Positions 1 to 12,000 of a stretch of 64,000 nt of DNA are shown piece by piece. Source of the stretch: Candidatus Iainarchaeum sp. Lineage in GTDB: Archaea > Iainarchaeota > Iainarchaeia > JAGGVJ01. How positions within the stretch are numbered: position 1 is the first letter of the stretch; each line of letters begins with the position of its first letter. A program made the translations under genes and the position numbers. Under the pieces are notes generated by a model, which was not told where the DNA came from, made no database searches, and saw only the letters and a list, made by a program, of their open reading frames with translations. Location: the NCBI GenBank assembly GCA_021158055.1, contig JAGGVJ010000040.1, positions 36,474-100,473 on the forward strand, given 5' to 3'.

Positions 1-989
1 AACTGCACCATACGATAAACATCTATCACTTGCCTGCCTGTCAAAAGCGCCTGCGACGAATCTTTTCGGCTGACAAACCTTACTTCCGAGTTGTCCCGCC
101 CGATAAGAAGCTTGTTCTTAAGCGCCCTTGACCTTTCCCGAAGGTACGGAAAATCAAAATTGTCTGTGTTGTACCCGATAATTATGTCCGGGTCGATTTT
201 TTTCACTGTATCTGAAAAACCTTCAAGCATTTTTTCCTCGTTCCCGAAATTTTCGACAAAATCAGTTCCTTCAAGGTCTTTTGAGTACGACAATACTTTT
301 TTTTCATTGTTCCAGACCGAAACCATGACAATTTCATCTTTTGAAGGTCTTGGCACGCCAAAAGGGTTTTTCACTTCCAGGTCAAACGCCATTTTTTTAA
401 GAATGACCTTGATTTGTCCTGCCTGATCTTTCAATGGCCTGATGGACTTCAACCGGTCTTTCTCAAACTCGACTTCAACGCTTTGAAGCGGCGAGACCCC
501 TTTGTCTATGAGGTATTTCAAAGTCCATTTTATCATGTGTTCGCGGGTATCAGCAACCCCGTCCATTTTTTTGACTATGTCACGCACCGGCTTCAGGTTT
601 GAGGTGTGCCCCACGTTTATTTTTATGCATTCTGTTTCCTTTCCATTGATTTTTTTTATCTCCAAAACCACTGGCTTTGCCTGTGCTGCGGATTTTGCTT
701 GTACTGCGGGCTTTGGCGGCACTGTGGATTTTTGGGTGTAACCCCTGTTTGAGTGGTTTTCTCTCTCTTTGTGGTCTTTCCTCTTTTTTACTTCAACGCA
801 TACTTTTTCAATTTCAGAAACAAGTTTTTTTGCATCGCAGTCAGGCTCTGCAAGCACGTAAAAATAATCTGAAAAACTCTCATCAAAAAGCATCAGGTAA
901 CCGTCTTTTGTCTTCAGGCTAAGCCTGATTGAATTGCCTGCGTTTCCTTTCGCATAGTCGACATCCAGTAAAACCGCTTTTGCTTTCAT
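1..989 (-). CDS. polB: Family B DNA polymerase, N-terminal and 3'-5' exonuclease part (runs off the window start; missing from the ORF track)
   Basis: Manual translation from ATG at 989: MKAKAVLLDVDY...DYFYV..., ExoI motif MAFDLEV, ExoII motif IIIGYNTDNFDFPYL; frame open towards position 1. Confidence 0.92.
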   Translation of the reverse strand, partial: MKAKAVLLDVDYAKGNAGNSIRLSLKTKDGYLMLFDESFSDYFYVLAEPDCDAKKLVSEIEKVCVEVKKRKDHKERENHSNRGYTQKSTVPPKPAVQAKSAAQAKPVVLEIKKINGKETECIKINVGHTSNLKPVRDIVKKMDGVADTREHMIKWTLKYLIDKGVSPLQSVEVEFEKDRLKSIRPLKDQAGQIKVILKKMAFDLEVKNPFGVPRPSKDEIVMVSVWNNEKKVLSYSKDLEGTDFVENFGNEEKMLEGFSDTVKKIDPDIIIGYNTDNFDFPYLRERSRALKNKLLIGRDNSEVRFVSRKDSSQALLTGRQVIDVYRMVQ

Positions 990-1282
990 GTTACCCTGCA
1001 CTTTTTGCGTTTTGTTTTTTATTACCTGTTTTGACAGCTGATTTTATTACTGCTTTGACAGCCGGTTATTTAGTTGTGTTTTGTTACACATTTATACAGA
1101 TATAATAAGAACCACAATTGAATAAATATACTCAGTATTTCTTTGTAAATACAAAGGATATATATTATTTTATACAATATTATTAGTGCAATATATACAA
1201 GGTTGCTCAATACAAAATTAGCGAAAAATATTAGTACAAAACAGCGAAAATAAAAACTTTCAGTTAAAATCAGTGATATACA

Positions 1283-1786
1283 ATGGCAAGACAAAACGTG
1301 GATCTTGATATAGTGCTGAGCCAGCTAAACAATGACATGCGTGCGCTTGACACAAAAATAGCGATAATTGTGCAGAGAATCAAATACGTTGAAAAACACG
1401 AGAAAATCCTTGCCCAAAACCTCATCAGCTTAAACAACAAGGTAAAAGAACTGGAGTCCGGTGCCGGCAAAACCACCCAGGACAAAAATGAATCAGGGTT
1501 TGGAAAAGAACCCGCAAAAGCTGTTTCAAAAGTGGCGGTCAAGGAACTTGAAAGCGTAAAAAAGGAACTTGAAAACCTGAAAAAAATCGAGGGGCTGGTA
1601 AAAGAAAATTCCTCGAAAAGCAAGGAAATTTTGATTGAACTCAAAAAAATGAAAGACGATTCTGTAAATATTCAGGACTTCAACCAGTTGCGTTACGTGA
1701 TAGACACTGTCAACCCGCTTCAGTTCATTACTTTTGACCAGGTAGAAGAACTGATTGAAAAAAAATTCAGGGAAAAAAAACTTTAA
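1283..1786 (+). CDS. Soluble coiled-coil protein of unknown function
   Basis: 167 aa, heptad-like K/E-rich helices, C-terminal LRYVIDTVNPLQF motif; AT-rich upstream region shared with polB. Confidence 0.75.
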   Translation: MARQNVDLDIVLSQLNNDMRALDTKIAIIVQRIKYVEKHEKILAQNLISLNNKVKELESGAGKTTQDKNESGFGKEPAKAVSKVAVKELESVKKELENLKKIEGLVKENSSKSKEILIELKKMKDDSVNIQDFNQLRYVIDTVNPLQFITFDQVEELIEKKFREKKL

Positions 1787-1860
1787 ACACAAAACTTCGC
1801 TTTATTCCAGCCAAATATCCCAATCAAAACCTTTCCCGTTCAACAAGACAAGCAAACTGC

Positions 1861-3405
1861 CTATTTTTCAAACCTGCTTAAAGTGGGCCTGACCTTAACG
1901 CGGTAAGGCCGTCCTGCAACTTCTTTTACCGCGACCTCTCTTTCCGCGATCACTTCAATGTCCAGTGTGGAGGACTCAACCATCGAACGGTCAAGATGAT
2001 GCCTTGTTTCGGCAAGGTAACAGCACCCAAGCCCGTAGTTTTGGCATTCGCCGCTCAGTTTTATGAATTCCGACTGCATTACTGTCGGGTTTTCACCAAA
2101 CATCAATTCAGAGTGGGGTATGACCACGACTCCCCCAATGCTTTTGCTGTGGTTTTCTTTTTTGAACTTTTGAAGCACAATTTCAAGAACAGAATAAACC
2201 ATAAGCACGCCGACTTCTGTGGAGTAATCTGAAAGGTCTACGTGGGACACCCTGCCCATCGAGCCCCTCCATCCGCCAATGATGTCATCAACCTGGTTTT
2301 TCCCTCCAAAGGCATTTTCGTTTGACTTCTCAATCACTTTCAAAAACCTTACCGCGCGGTTTATCTGGAACCTGTTCCCTTGTTTTCTTTGAAGCTTGTC
2401 AAAAATTTCCTTGACTGAAGTAATTGACCCTTTTGACTCAAAAATTGTTTCCTCGATGAGATTGGCTGCCTCGTTGTCCCCGAGGTTGAACGCCTGTGAA
2501 AAAACCCCTTTCGGCAGCAAATTTAAATCCACGTGAATGTCTTTTCCCGCAACAAATTTTTTTGTCGGAAACCCGATCGGCTCAAGGTCTATTTTTGACT
2601 CCGCAAACTTTGAAGTGTCGTTGGAAGGCAAAGATATACCCTTGAACTCCGCGTCCATGTCAAAAATCAGTGCAGGAACATTGTTCAGCAAAGATCCTTC
2701 TGCAATCACTTGTGTCACTGCGGCGCGGTTGCTCTTAAGGGAACCTGAAATAACGGCTTTCAAAAGCGACTGCACAGAAATTTTTGCAATTGTGCTGTCG
2801 GAAGTAAGGCCAAAAACAAACTCTCCCGCAATTATTTTTGATTTCGTGCCTTTGATTGACGCCGGATACGCGCCTGTATCCGTCGCGGATCTTACGGCTG
2901 CAGATGCGACAATCATCAAGGGTTCTGAATAAAACTGCATTTCAGCAGCTTTTCCCGCTTCCTTCAGTGAAGTGAATTCAATATTGTATGCTTTTCCTAT
3001 TTCTTTTATGGAAACTGAAATTGATTCAAGGTCTTTGTTCATTTCCTGCACGGCGTTTGACAGCTCTTCTGACTCAAGCCCGACGTATTTCGGGTAAGCG
3101 GGAATCACCGCAAACTTGAATGACTTGTCTTGCGTGTGCTTTTCAACAATGATTATGTCGCGTTTTATGGCGGATGCAAAGTGCTGCACGTCACCCACGA
3201 CAGTGTATATCTTGTTGAACATTACAACCATTCCCTTAAGGCTCTTGCCTTTCCCGTCAAACACAATAGTTAAAGTGTCCTTGTCCGGGTTTTGATACAC
3301 CATAAGAGAATTTTTTTGAAATTCCCCTGAAAAAAGTTGTACCCAGGGGCCAAAAGGCAGTTTTAGTATGTTCATTTTATCACTTGAGTCATATCCTTGC
3401 GTCAT
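1861..3405 (-). CDS. HerA/DUF87/DUF853-like P-loop ATPase fold, apparently inactivated
   Basis: AVISGSLKSNRAAVTQVIAEGSLLNNVPALIFDMDAEFKG aligns by eye to the HerA-like hhhGxTGxGKT..QVLAE....GVPVhhhDxKGDhSG block; Walker A Lys and Walker B DE are missing (VVVIPHSELMF). Confidence 0.65.
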   Translation of the reverse strand: MTQGYDSSDKMNILKLPFGPWVQLFSGEFQKNSLMVYQNPDKDTLTIVFDGKGKSLKGMVVMFNKIYTVVGDVQHFASAIKRDIIIVEKHTQDKSFKFAVIPAYPKYVGLESEELSNAVQEMNKDLESISVSIKEIGKAYNIEFTSLKEAGKAAEMQFYSEPLMIVASAAVRSATDTGAYPASIKGTKSKIIAGEFVFGLTSDSTIAKISVQSLLKAVISGSLKSNRAAVTQVIAEGSLLNNVPALIFDMDAEFKGISLPSNDTSKFAESKIDLEPIGFPTKKFVAGKDIHVDLNLLPKGVFSQAFNLGDNEAANLIEETIFESKGSITSVKEIFDKLQRKQGNRFQINRAVRFLKVIEKSNENAFGGKNQVDDIIGGWRGSMGRVSHVDLSDYSTEVGVLMVYSVLEIVLQKFKKENHSKSIGGVVVIPHSELMFGENPTVMQSEFIKLSGECQNYGLGCCYLAETRHHLDRSMVESSTLDIEVIAEREVAVKEVAGRPYRVKVRPTLSRFEK

Positions 3406-3586
3406 TCAGCAGACAAATCAATGCCAACATAATATAATGCCGGCAAATACACTTGTTTTTTATAATTATTGTAATTTATATATAGTTATATGTTTAAAAT
3501 TTTTCATGGTTTATTCAACAAACCTGTTAATAAAATGTTTATTAATCTTTTAAATATGTCTGATGTATATATCTTATGTGGTTAAC

Positions 3587-4519
3587 GTGAGCAACATTGA
3601 ATCCATCATAAAAACGATGATTAAATCAGGTTCTTCCCCTGAAAGCGTGCGAAACACTCTTTTGGAAATGGGTGTTTCAAAAGAGGCAATCGAAAACTCC
3701 TTTAAAAATGAAAACACAGCTGCTGCACAATCACCTCAAGCAACTGATCAAGCTTCACAGCCTGCGCCGGACCAGCAACCTTCGTCATCAATTGACCTTT
3801 CAAACTTTGAGCCTGCAAAAGAAACCATTGCGCAAACAAGCGACAATGCTGCGCAAACAAGTGAAAGTGCTGCACAGCCAAAGGATAACATTGCCGGATC
3901 ATCTCAGCCGCAGCCGGTTCAGCCGCCTTCGCTTCAAAAAAAACAGGAAATGTTTCCAGCAACCAGCGAACCGCAACCAACGAACAACGAACCGCAATCA
4001 CCCGTAGGCCTGTCTGAAGCCACCAAACCTGTAGAAACAGCAGGCGGTTCTGCTGACACTCAAAAATCCCTTGACATAACTGACATGGACAAAAAACTTG
4101 CAGAGCTAAAACAACAGGTTGAGTCCATACCGGTTGACAACATAACTTCAAGCATGGAACTGCTTAGCCAGGAAAGAAGCGAGGGTTTGTCAGAACACAG
4201 CAAGATCATTTCTGAGCTCAGTGAAAAGGTCTCGCAGGTCCAGGACAAGATTGATTCAAGTTCACCTGACAACATTAAAGAGCTTACTTTGGCTGTGGAC
4301 GACTTGAGAAAAATGCTGAATGAAATGAAGCCCATGGTATTTGCCCTTCACGAGATCGACAAAAAGATACTTGACACAAACAGGGAGGTCCTTTTTGAGC
4401 TTGCTGAAAAAATCCACGCCCAAAAACAGGAAAACCCGGTAAAAAGCAATACTGCTTCAACACCAAAGCCTTCGGTTGCAGAAAAGGAAAAAACCAAAAA
4501 ATCCGTTAAAAAAAACTGA
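3587..4519 (+). CDS. Hypothetical protein: small N-terminal helical domain, P/Q/S/T-rich linker, C-terminal coiled coil
   Basis: ORF 3563-4519, likely GTG start at 3587; IIKTMIKSGSSPESVRNTLLEMGVSKEAI followed by a low-complexity linker and heptads. Confidence 0.75.
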   Translation: MSNIESIIKTMIKSGSSPESVRNTLLEMGVSKEAIENSFKNENTAAAQSPQATDQASQPAPDQQPSSSIDLSNFEPAKETIAQTSDNAAQTSESAAQPKDNIAGSSQPQPVQPPSLQKKQEMFPATSEPQPTNNEPQSPVGLSEATKPVETAGGSADTQKSLDITDMDKKLAELKQQVESIPVDNITSSMELLSQERSEGLSEHSKIISELSEKVSQVQDKIDSSSPDNIKELTLAVDDLRKMLNEMKPMVFALHEIDKKILDTNREVLFELAEKIHAQKQENPVKSNTASTPKPSVAEKEKTKKSVKKN

Positions 4520-4608
4520 AGACAAAAAGAAACCAGATTGTGCTGAATACATTGACCGGCCCAAAGCAAAATAACTGTTTTTAGAACTTTCTTCTTTAAT
4601 TGGACCTG

Positions 4609-4941
4609 TCATCTTCCTCTTTGAGGGGGTTCGTCATCTTCCGGGGGTTCTTCCTTGTTTGAATCCAGTATTTTATTGGTTGTTTTACGGGCTCTTTTCC
4701 ATGCCTTAACAGTTGTCGGAACAGGCTTGAAAGTTGATCTCGGGTACGGCTTTGAACCGGAATGCTCTTCTTCGTCTTCTTCAGCGTCGTCTGAATAGCT
4801 TTTCGGAGCTGATTTGATTTCGGACAACACCACCAAAAACGCAATCAATGCAAGGACAAACCCGATTGCCTGGCCTGTTCTTTTGTCAAGGACAAAAAAT
4901 ATAACTGCAAGAAACAATAACAAAACCGGCAAGTACTTCAT
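4609..4941 (-). CDS. Small 2-TM membrane protein with acidic/basic tail
   Basis: GGTGA SD before the ATG; two hydrophobic helices, then DDAEEDEEE and a K/R-rich segment. Confidence 0.75.
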   Translation of the reverse strand: MKYLPVLLLFLAVIFFVLDKRTGQAIGFVLALIAFLVVLSEIKSAPKSYSDDAEEDEEEHSGSKPYPRSTFKPVPTTVKAWKRARKTTNKILDSNKEEPPEDDEPPQRGR

Positions 4942-5012
4942 TTTTTCACCATTTGACCTTTAAATCCTGATTTCACCCTGACTTTTGAACATTACCTAGA
5001 TTTGAATTTGGT

Positions 5013-5309
5013 TCAGTCGCCGCCAAGGCCAACCGCGTTCCTTATGCCTTCACCGAATATCGACAGGAAAATTATTGCCGCGACAAGCCACACAAGCGTC
5101 GGGTGCGTCCAGATGGTCAGGTAAACAAGCGCAAACCCGACTATCCAACCGACAAACCCAGGCAAGTGAGAACGGCCCCAGTTGATTATCCAGACTGAAA
5201 ATATTATCAACAAAGCATACCAAATCTGTATGTCGCCGAAAATGTTGGTGTTGAACAACTGTGACATCGTGAAAAGCACAGGGCTTGTTGAAACATTCAA
5301 AAAATCCAT
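5013..5309 (-). CDS. Small multi-TM membrane protein
   Basis: About 3 hydrophobic segments; likely start MDFLNV after AAGGT. Confidence 0.7.
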   Translation of the reverse strand: MDFLNVSTSPVLFTMSQLFNTNIFGDIQIWYALLIIFSVWIINWGRSHLPGFVGWIVGFALVYLTIWTHPTLVWLVAAIIFLSIFGEGIRNAVGLGGD

Positions 5310-5373
5310 GTAAATACCTTCATTATCCAACTTATTATTACTTATGTTTCAAACCATTTATCTAATTTTAAAT

Positions 5374-6012
5374 TTATCGACAATAGCACATCCTGTCTCC
5401 AGTGTAATCGCAAGCAAACCTTGCCTGGTCTTCATTGAACACCTTTTTCTCTTGAGAGTCTTTAATCTCATCAAGTCTAGAGCCAAGTCTGGAGCCCGAG
5501 CCTGAAACTAAACAATAACCATTCCTTTTAATAATACCATGATCAAGGGAAACGCATGCGTCATCGCAACACCCAATCTTGTCATCCATACAGCTTGCAG
5601 GCAAATCGCGGATGTTTTTGTTGGTGCTTAAATCATTATTCCACTCATCGTCACAATAACTTACCAGGTTTTCAACAGTTATACTGCTTAATTCTTCAAC
5701 AATATCACTATTATATATTATGGTGCAGGACTTAAAGCTTCCAAACTGCTCCAGTTTACTGGTATCTGTTTGTTTTTCCGGGGTGGCAATGATATCAAAA
5801 GAGCATTTTGGGGTACTATACGCTTCTATATTTGTCAAACTGACATAATCAACAGCCAGCCTGACTTTTCCACACGAAACACTATCAATCAGTTCAGACT
5901 CAAATTCCAAGCCGGGGCACTCGTTCTTAAAATTGTCTTTTGTGCACCCGGAAAGAAGCACAATCCCAAACAAAAAAATTACCACAATCAAGTTTTTACA
6001 TGCAACGCCCAT
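5374..6012 (-). CDS. Cys-rich lipoprotein
   Basis: Signal peptide with lipobox LLSG-C; more than 10 further Cys; 16 bp downstream of the 2079-aa gene. Confidence 0.75.
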   Translation of the reverse strand: MGVACKNLIVVIFLFGIVLLSGCTKDNFKNECPGLEFESELIDSVSCGKVRLAVDYVSLTNIEAYSTPKCSFDIIATPEKQTDTSKLEQFGSFKSCTIIYNSDIVEELSSITVENLVSYCDDEWNNDLSTNKNIRDLPASCMDDKIGCCDDACVSLDHGIIKRNGYCLVSGSGSRLGSRLDEIKDSQEKKVFNEDQARFACDYTGDRMCYCR

Positions 6013-6028
6013 ACAAAACCCTTACCAA

Positions 6029-9000
6029 TCATTTAGCAAATCCTCTTATGAACTCAACAATTATTTCATCCAATTCATCTTCACAGGCATCCAATTCCAG
6101 ACCCTGCCCACTGTTTATAAAACATATCTCCGGCGGTCTTTCATCACCATAATCCTTATCTTCGCACACCGGTCTTTCGTCTGAACCCATACTGAATATC
6201 AACCCCGTGATTATCAACTCACTGGTTGGACTCAAACTGTCATCTTTGTTTCTCCTGACTACTTTTACCGGCGTTACTGTATTTGTCTTTCCGATGTCTG
6301 ACATTTGCTTCCCGTCAATACTAACGTCTCCTTCAAGTATTTTAAGATACTTTCTCTGAATGTTTTCTACAACTTCCTCTGAACTGCCTTTTACAACCAC
6401 TGAAACTTTCTGGCCTGTTCCCGCGGGAGCAGAAGGATTCCAACTCATGATTGCAAAAATTCCGTCGTATTTATTGATAAGATTCACTACTCTTAAACAC
6501 GCGCTTTTATAGGCATCATCTTCCTTTTCACAACGGTTTTCATCAAGATTTTCCCCTACATACCTTGCAAACAGATTAAATTGACTGTTACCGGAGGCAC
6601 GCGACGGTGAAAGATTTCCTGCCAATCCCTCAATGCCCTCAATCCCAGCTGTGTTGGAGTATTCAACATCAAACATCTCCTCAAAAGGCAAGCTGTATGT
6701 TCCTTTCTGCACGCCGGAACCGTCACTAAGCGGCGCAAAAAACAACGGGAAATACTTCGGCAGGTTTATCACGCCGAAATTGCAGTTGTAAGTGGACTTG
6801 CTGTCAGCTTCCTTTCTGTCAACTTTTACGATATAGCTGTTTTCACCATCCCTCGTGTAAATCCTTTTCCAGACACCGCAGGACATCTTTTTCGGACTAA
6901 CCTCAAATTTGATTGACGTCGGGCCTGGACTGCTTATGTCACTTCCAACAACAAAAATTTCCTTGTCCCAGCTTAAAAGTTTAAGGCGCGCAGGAGAAAT
7001 TCCCCCGAGTTTAAACGGGGATTCCCCCCGATCATCTCTGAACACACCCAATGCAAGAGACATAATCCCATTGTATTCCTCATCTGTAAAAGCAAATTTA
7101 AATTCATTCTCGTGAATATTAGCTCTTTTCAAATTTCCGCCATCCAACGGAGAACTGAAAAGGAAAAGATACAATTCGTTCAAAAGCTTGAAAGTTGTCT
7201 GGTCGCAGTAATGCGTGTTGCATTCCCTGAACAGTTTGGAAATGTCTTGCGCTGAAAACCCTGAAACTTCACTGCCGTCGTCGTCAACAATTATTTTGTT
7301 TCCGTTGAACATCGCAGCAACTTCGCTAAACCCCCTGCTGTCTTCTTTCACCTTGAAATTGCCGCCCGAGGTTTTCTCAACCGGCTGGTCTTCCAGTGCT
7401 TCTTCCCCGAAAATCGTGGCGAAAAGAGAGTCGTATTCAATAGTGCACTCTGTTCCGATTACGTTCACCCTGAAATCTGCAATCTTATTTTCAGGTTCGC
7501 TGAATCCTTCAAGAAGCTTTGTTTCACCCCGACCGACAAAAGTTTCAGAAAGGTCATAACCGTAATTGGTTGTGCCGGAAGTCGTCGAACTCTCAAGGAA
7601 ACGAACTCCCTGCTTTCCTTTGTTCTGCGCCTTCAGCCCTTCTTCGGAGTTGATGAAAATAAGTGTCGAGTTCAGGTCAGAGCAATTCAGATATTTCTTT
7701 TTAAAAACATGGCTGCACTCTGTAGCCGCTTCACTTTCTTCTTCTCTTTTCATGCTGTATTCTATGCTGAACTCTTCTTCACTTTCACCGAAACTGACAA
7801 AAAGAAGATCAGATTTCCCGGATTCAATAATCACATCCTTGTCAGTCCCTGCGAAATTCGGATTTTTCGTTATTGTGACTTCTGCATCTGACTTGTTGTC
7901 AATAAACAGGCCGCCCAGCGAGTCGCTCAACTCAAACGATACCTTGTCGCACAGCTCGCTTCCGTAGACACAACCGTCGTCACGGTTAACGTTCACGGTT
8001 ACTTTTTGTTTCGGGGCAGTTTCTTTTGATTCGCCGATGTAGATTGCAAGCACCCACTTGCCGTTGTCGTCAGTCAAATCGTCACTCACTTCCGCTTCCA
8101 GTTCAAACGTCTTTGCCTCGTCAATCAACAGTTTGTGTTCCTCGCTGAACTCTTCAAGAACTCCTTCTTTTTCAGCTTCTTCGTCATCGCCGGTAACTAT
8201 CTCAAGAATCGTTGCAGTGGCCAAACCCTTGTCTGATCCTTCCTCGTCTTCACCCGGCAAAAGCTTGAAATACAGGTCAATGGCGTCTTCTGAAATGTTT
8301 TTCAAATCAAACTTGATTGACTCTGTTTTTTTGTCCTGCATGCACATGTTGTCAAAAGAAATGCTTTCAATGGAGGTTTCAGTGTTTTGCTTGAGCACTT
8401 TCACGTAACTTTGCCCGCTTTGCGGTGAAATGCTCACTGAAACAGGCAAAGTGGCTTCAACAGGTTCGCCTGAACAGTCAACTGTAAGAACATACTGCCC
8501 TGAAACAGCCAGATTGCCTGTTATTGCCTTTTCTTTGTCTATTTCCGCCACAAGTTCAATGTCTGTAAGCGCGCTGCTTTTGTCAGTCCATTTTGAAAAC
8601 GCTGTTTCAATGTCCCCTCCGGAGCTTTTGCTTCTAAGCAACACGTTCAGCTCAAAATCACCCGCGACAGTGTCGCCGCTTAAAACAATGAATTCCTGGC
8701 CTGAAAACGAACTGATGTTGCAGGAACAAACAGTTTCTATTTTTATCCCCTGCAGTATTTTTGACCTGTTGCCGGAATCAAGCAAAAATTCTGCTTCCTG
8801 ATCGCCTGAACCGTAAGATATCCTGAAGCAGTCGGAAGAACCGTGCGCAGTCACTTTGAACGGCAGGGTTGTAATATGCAGCTTGTTGTCGCTGTCTGAT
8901 TTGCCTGCAACGAAAACATATCCTTCAAAGCTTGGATCACTTGCGGTTTCAACGCTCACCCACGCTTTCATCTTGAAATCAAGAGTGGAGCCGTTTTCAA

Positions 9001-12000
9001 TTTCCCTTCCCAGAATAATGTTTTTGAAGTCAAGGTGAAAGTCGTCTGACTCGTTTCTTGAGACAATGTCAGCGACAGTAATCGTGATATTATTTGAGCC
9101 ATTGTTTTTCAGTTTCAGGGTTTCTTCAATGGTTTCTGTTTTTTCAACAACGCCGAACTCAACAATTGAATCGCTTCCCTCTGAATCAGTTAACTTGAGG
9201 TCTGAGTCAAACTCTTCTGAAACATTTATGTCAACGCCTGCCGGCCTGAACCTACCTGCGCTTACCCTGGCGTTGACTGTTCCTTCTTCAAGTGAAAAGA
9301 ACTCTCCCTGTTCAGGGAAAATGTATTCACCGTCTTTTCCAGAGCCCTCTTCGTCGTCAAACCCTGTTTTTGAATAAGTCACGTCTTCCCCGAGAGGCAC
9401 ACCGGTTTTGTTTGAAAGAAGAACGGATGCGCCAGTCACCGGAGTATCGCTTCCTGCTTCAGTTACAATCAGTTTTATCTGGTTTCTTCCTTCAAGAATC
9501 ATTGTCGAAGGGCTCACGTCAACGTCAAGCAGTTTGTCCCCCGTGGAATCAAAGTAAACTGTAAACACGCCCCCCTCATCTTCTGCACCGTCTTTTGAAA
9601 ACTCAAACTCTATTCCCACCCCGTCGCTGACAACTCTTGAAAACGCCTTTATTTCCCCTGCCAGCAAATCTGACTGGTAATCCTCAAGAAGCGTTGAAAT
9701 CAAATCGCTTTCATCTTCAAAAGCAATCCCCCCGATGTCATATGACTTGAACCTAACGCTTCCTGCCATGTCAGGCGAAACTTTTACTTTGTATCCGTCA
9801 AGATAACTCCCATTCTTTGAATAAGCGGAAAACTCAACCACAAAATCAGTTGAGGTGACTGTTGAAAACAATCCGCTCGGGAAATATTCTTCACTGTCCT
9901 CTTCCCTGAAAAGCGCTGAAAAACACACATTTTCCCCACACAGTTCTTCCTGCGCAACCACAAGGAATTCTTCCTCGCGCAATGCAATGTCTTTTTCGTC
10001 AATGTTTCCCCTGAAACCAAAAACTGCCTTGTCTTCTTCTTCCGCATCGCTTTTTACGGCAAGCCACACCTCAATCTGGTAAACCATTGGCCCGCCTGAA
10101 GAACTCTCCGCCTTTGAAAGGGAGATCCATTTCCAGCCCCCTGAAGACAGCATTGAAGTAGTTTCAAACTCCTGTCCGCCCAAAACTTCAAGGTCAATTT
10201 TTGAAGAATAGCCGCTTACAACCCAGTTTGAATCTTCAAGGCCGAGCCCTTCACCGACCGAAAGCATAAACACAGAGTCGCCTTCCGCGTTCTTTGGAAT
10301 AATAACATTGAAAACCGCGCGGTACGTTTCATCTACTGCAACCGCGTATTTTTGGTTTCCGCTTTGGTCAAATAGTCCTTCAAAATCTATTGATTCATCT
10401 GAACTTTCAGCATGCATTTTTGCGTTCACGGTCGCCCCGCCCGAAACAACAAGAACGGGCCTTGACACAAAGTCAAGGTAATTGTCTTCTTCGACCATCA
10501 CATAAACAACCATGCCCTGCGGAGCCAGCAACTCATACGCCCCTTCTTTGCCGCTTGTGTCTTTTGTTATTTCACTGTTTGTTTCCACGTCAAACAACGA
10601 AACTTCGGCGCTGTTCAATGCAGAGCCGTTTTTTGCTTTTTCAACATTTACAATGATTTTTTCAAGTTTTGAACTCAACAAAATATCAACATTTGTTGTT
10701 TTTCCTGCTTCAACTTCAACTCCGGAAACCTGTCCGGATGAAGCCAGCGACTCTGCTTTTGCAGTTATTGCCGAACCTGCCGGGACATCCGGGAAAGAAA
10801 CACAACCGTCTGTTTCGGTTTTTTTCAGGGGCATGCCAAGGAAATCTGTTCCGGTCCACAAGGTGACTGACGCCCCGTGAACAGCAGCAAAGTTTTTCTT
10901 CACGCAGACATTCAGGTTTGCCGAGTTTTGTGTAGTGGACTCTTCAAGTTCAATTGATACCGTTGAACCGGAAGAAACGCCTTTTTTGAGCTTTGGAAGA
11001 TACCCGCTCTTGTAAGCTGAAACATTGTATGTCCCTGCTTTCTCAAGCAGGACAACTCTTCCGCTTGAAGCAGTTGTTTCAGACAAAAGGATTTCTGAAC
11101 CAGTAAGCAAAGTGACAGCTGCTCCGGAAATGCCTCCAAAGTATTCTGTTTTCACTTCCACGATTATCTGGTTTTCGTCACCTGCTTTTTCCATGGTGAT
11201 TTCTTTTCTTTCAACTGTTTGTCCTGATTCGATTTCAAAATAATTTGTTCTTTCTGTGGAGTAAATTCCCTCCGGATCTGTTGCAACAACCTGTATTTCA
11301 ACGTTTGCGGGTATTTCGCGAAGGCTTACCGTTCCTCCCGCGTAAGTCGTGCCCTCTGAAATTTTCGTTGAGTCATACCTTTTGGCAGTTACGGTTATTC
11401 CGGCAAGCAAATCACCGGATTCGTTTTTAACTGTGACTGGAAGGGTAACTATTGAACTTTTCGGATCAGGCGCGCTTAGATTTTTTGCAAGGGTAACTGT
11501 AAACTGCTTGTTTTCTGATTCAGAGTCAACACTCACTTCTTCGCTGTAGTGGTTGTCTGAAGAAAACTCAAGAACATATCTTTTGCCTCTTTCAAACCCG
11601 CTGAAAGAAAACGCGCCGTCTGTGTAAAAAGTAGTTTTTATGTTCAGCTTGGCACCAGTATCTTCAACACCCAAAATCGTGACCTCGCCGTCCAGCACTT
11701 CATTGTCATCGTTTTTTATCAAAAATGACGCTTCAAAACTCACTGTTTCTTTGGCAAGTGAAATCTCTGCAAGGGTTCCTGCTTCGTATGTGTTTTGCCC
11801 GATTTCAAATCCGTCTGTGTTGATAACCAATTTGACTGATTTTTGCTCATACCCCTCTTTTTCAAGGTTTATCCTGAGCGGTTCTCCAAGCCGCGGGGAC
11901 GCAATGTAAAACACCCCGTCCTCCTGCGTCTGCCCAAGGTCTTTCAAGCCGGTTTCAGGAAAATTGGCTGACACAAAAACCCCTTGGACAGGGTCAAGCG

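Noticed and set aside
600-840. Frameshift or pseudogene in polB at the poly-A runs
   Set aside because: Manual translation stays in frame through the insertion
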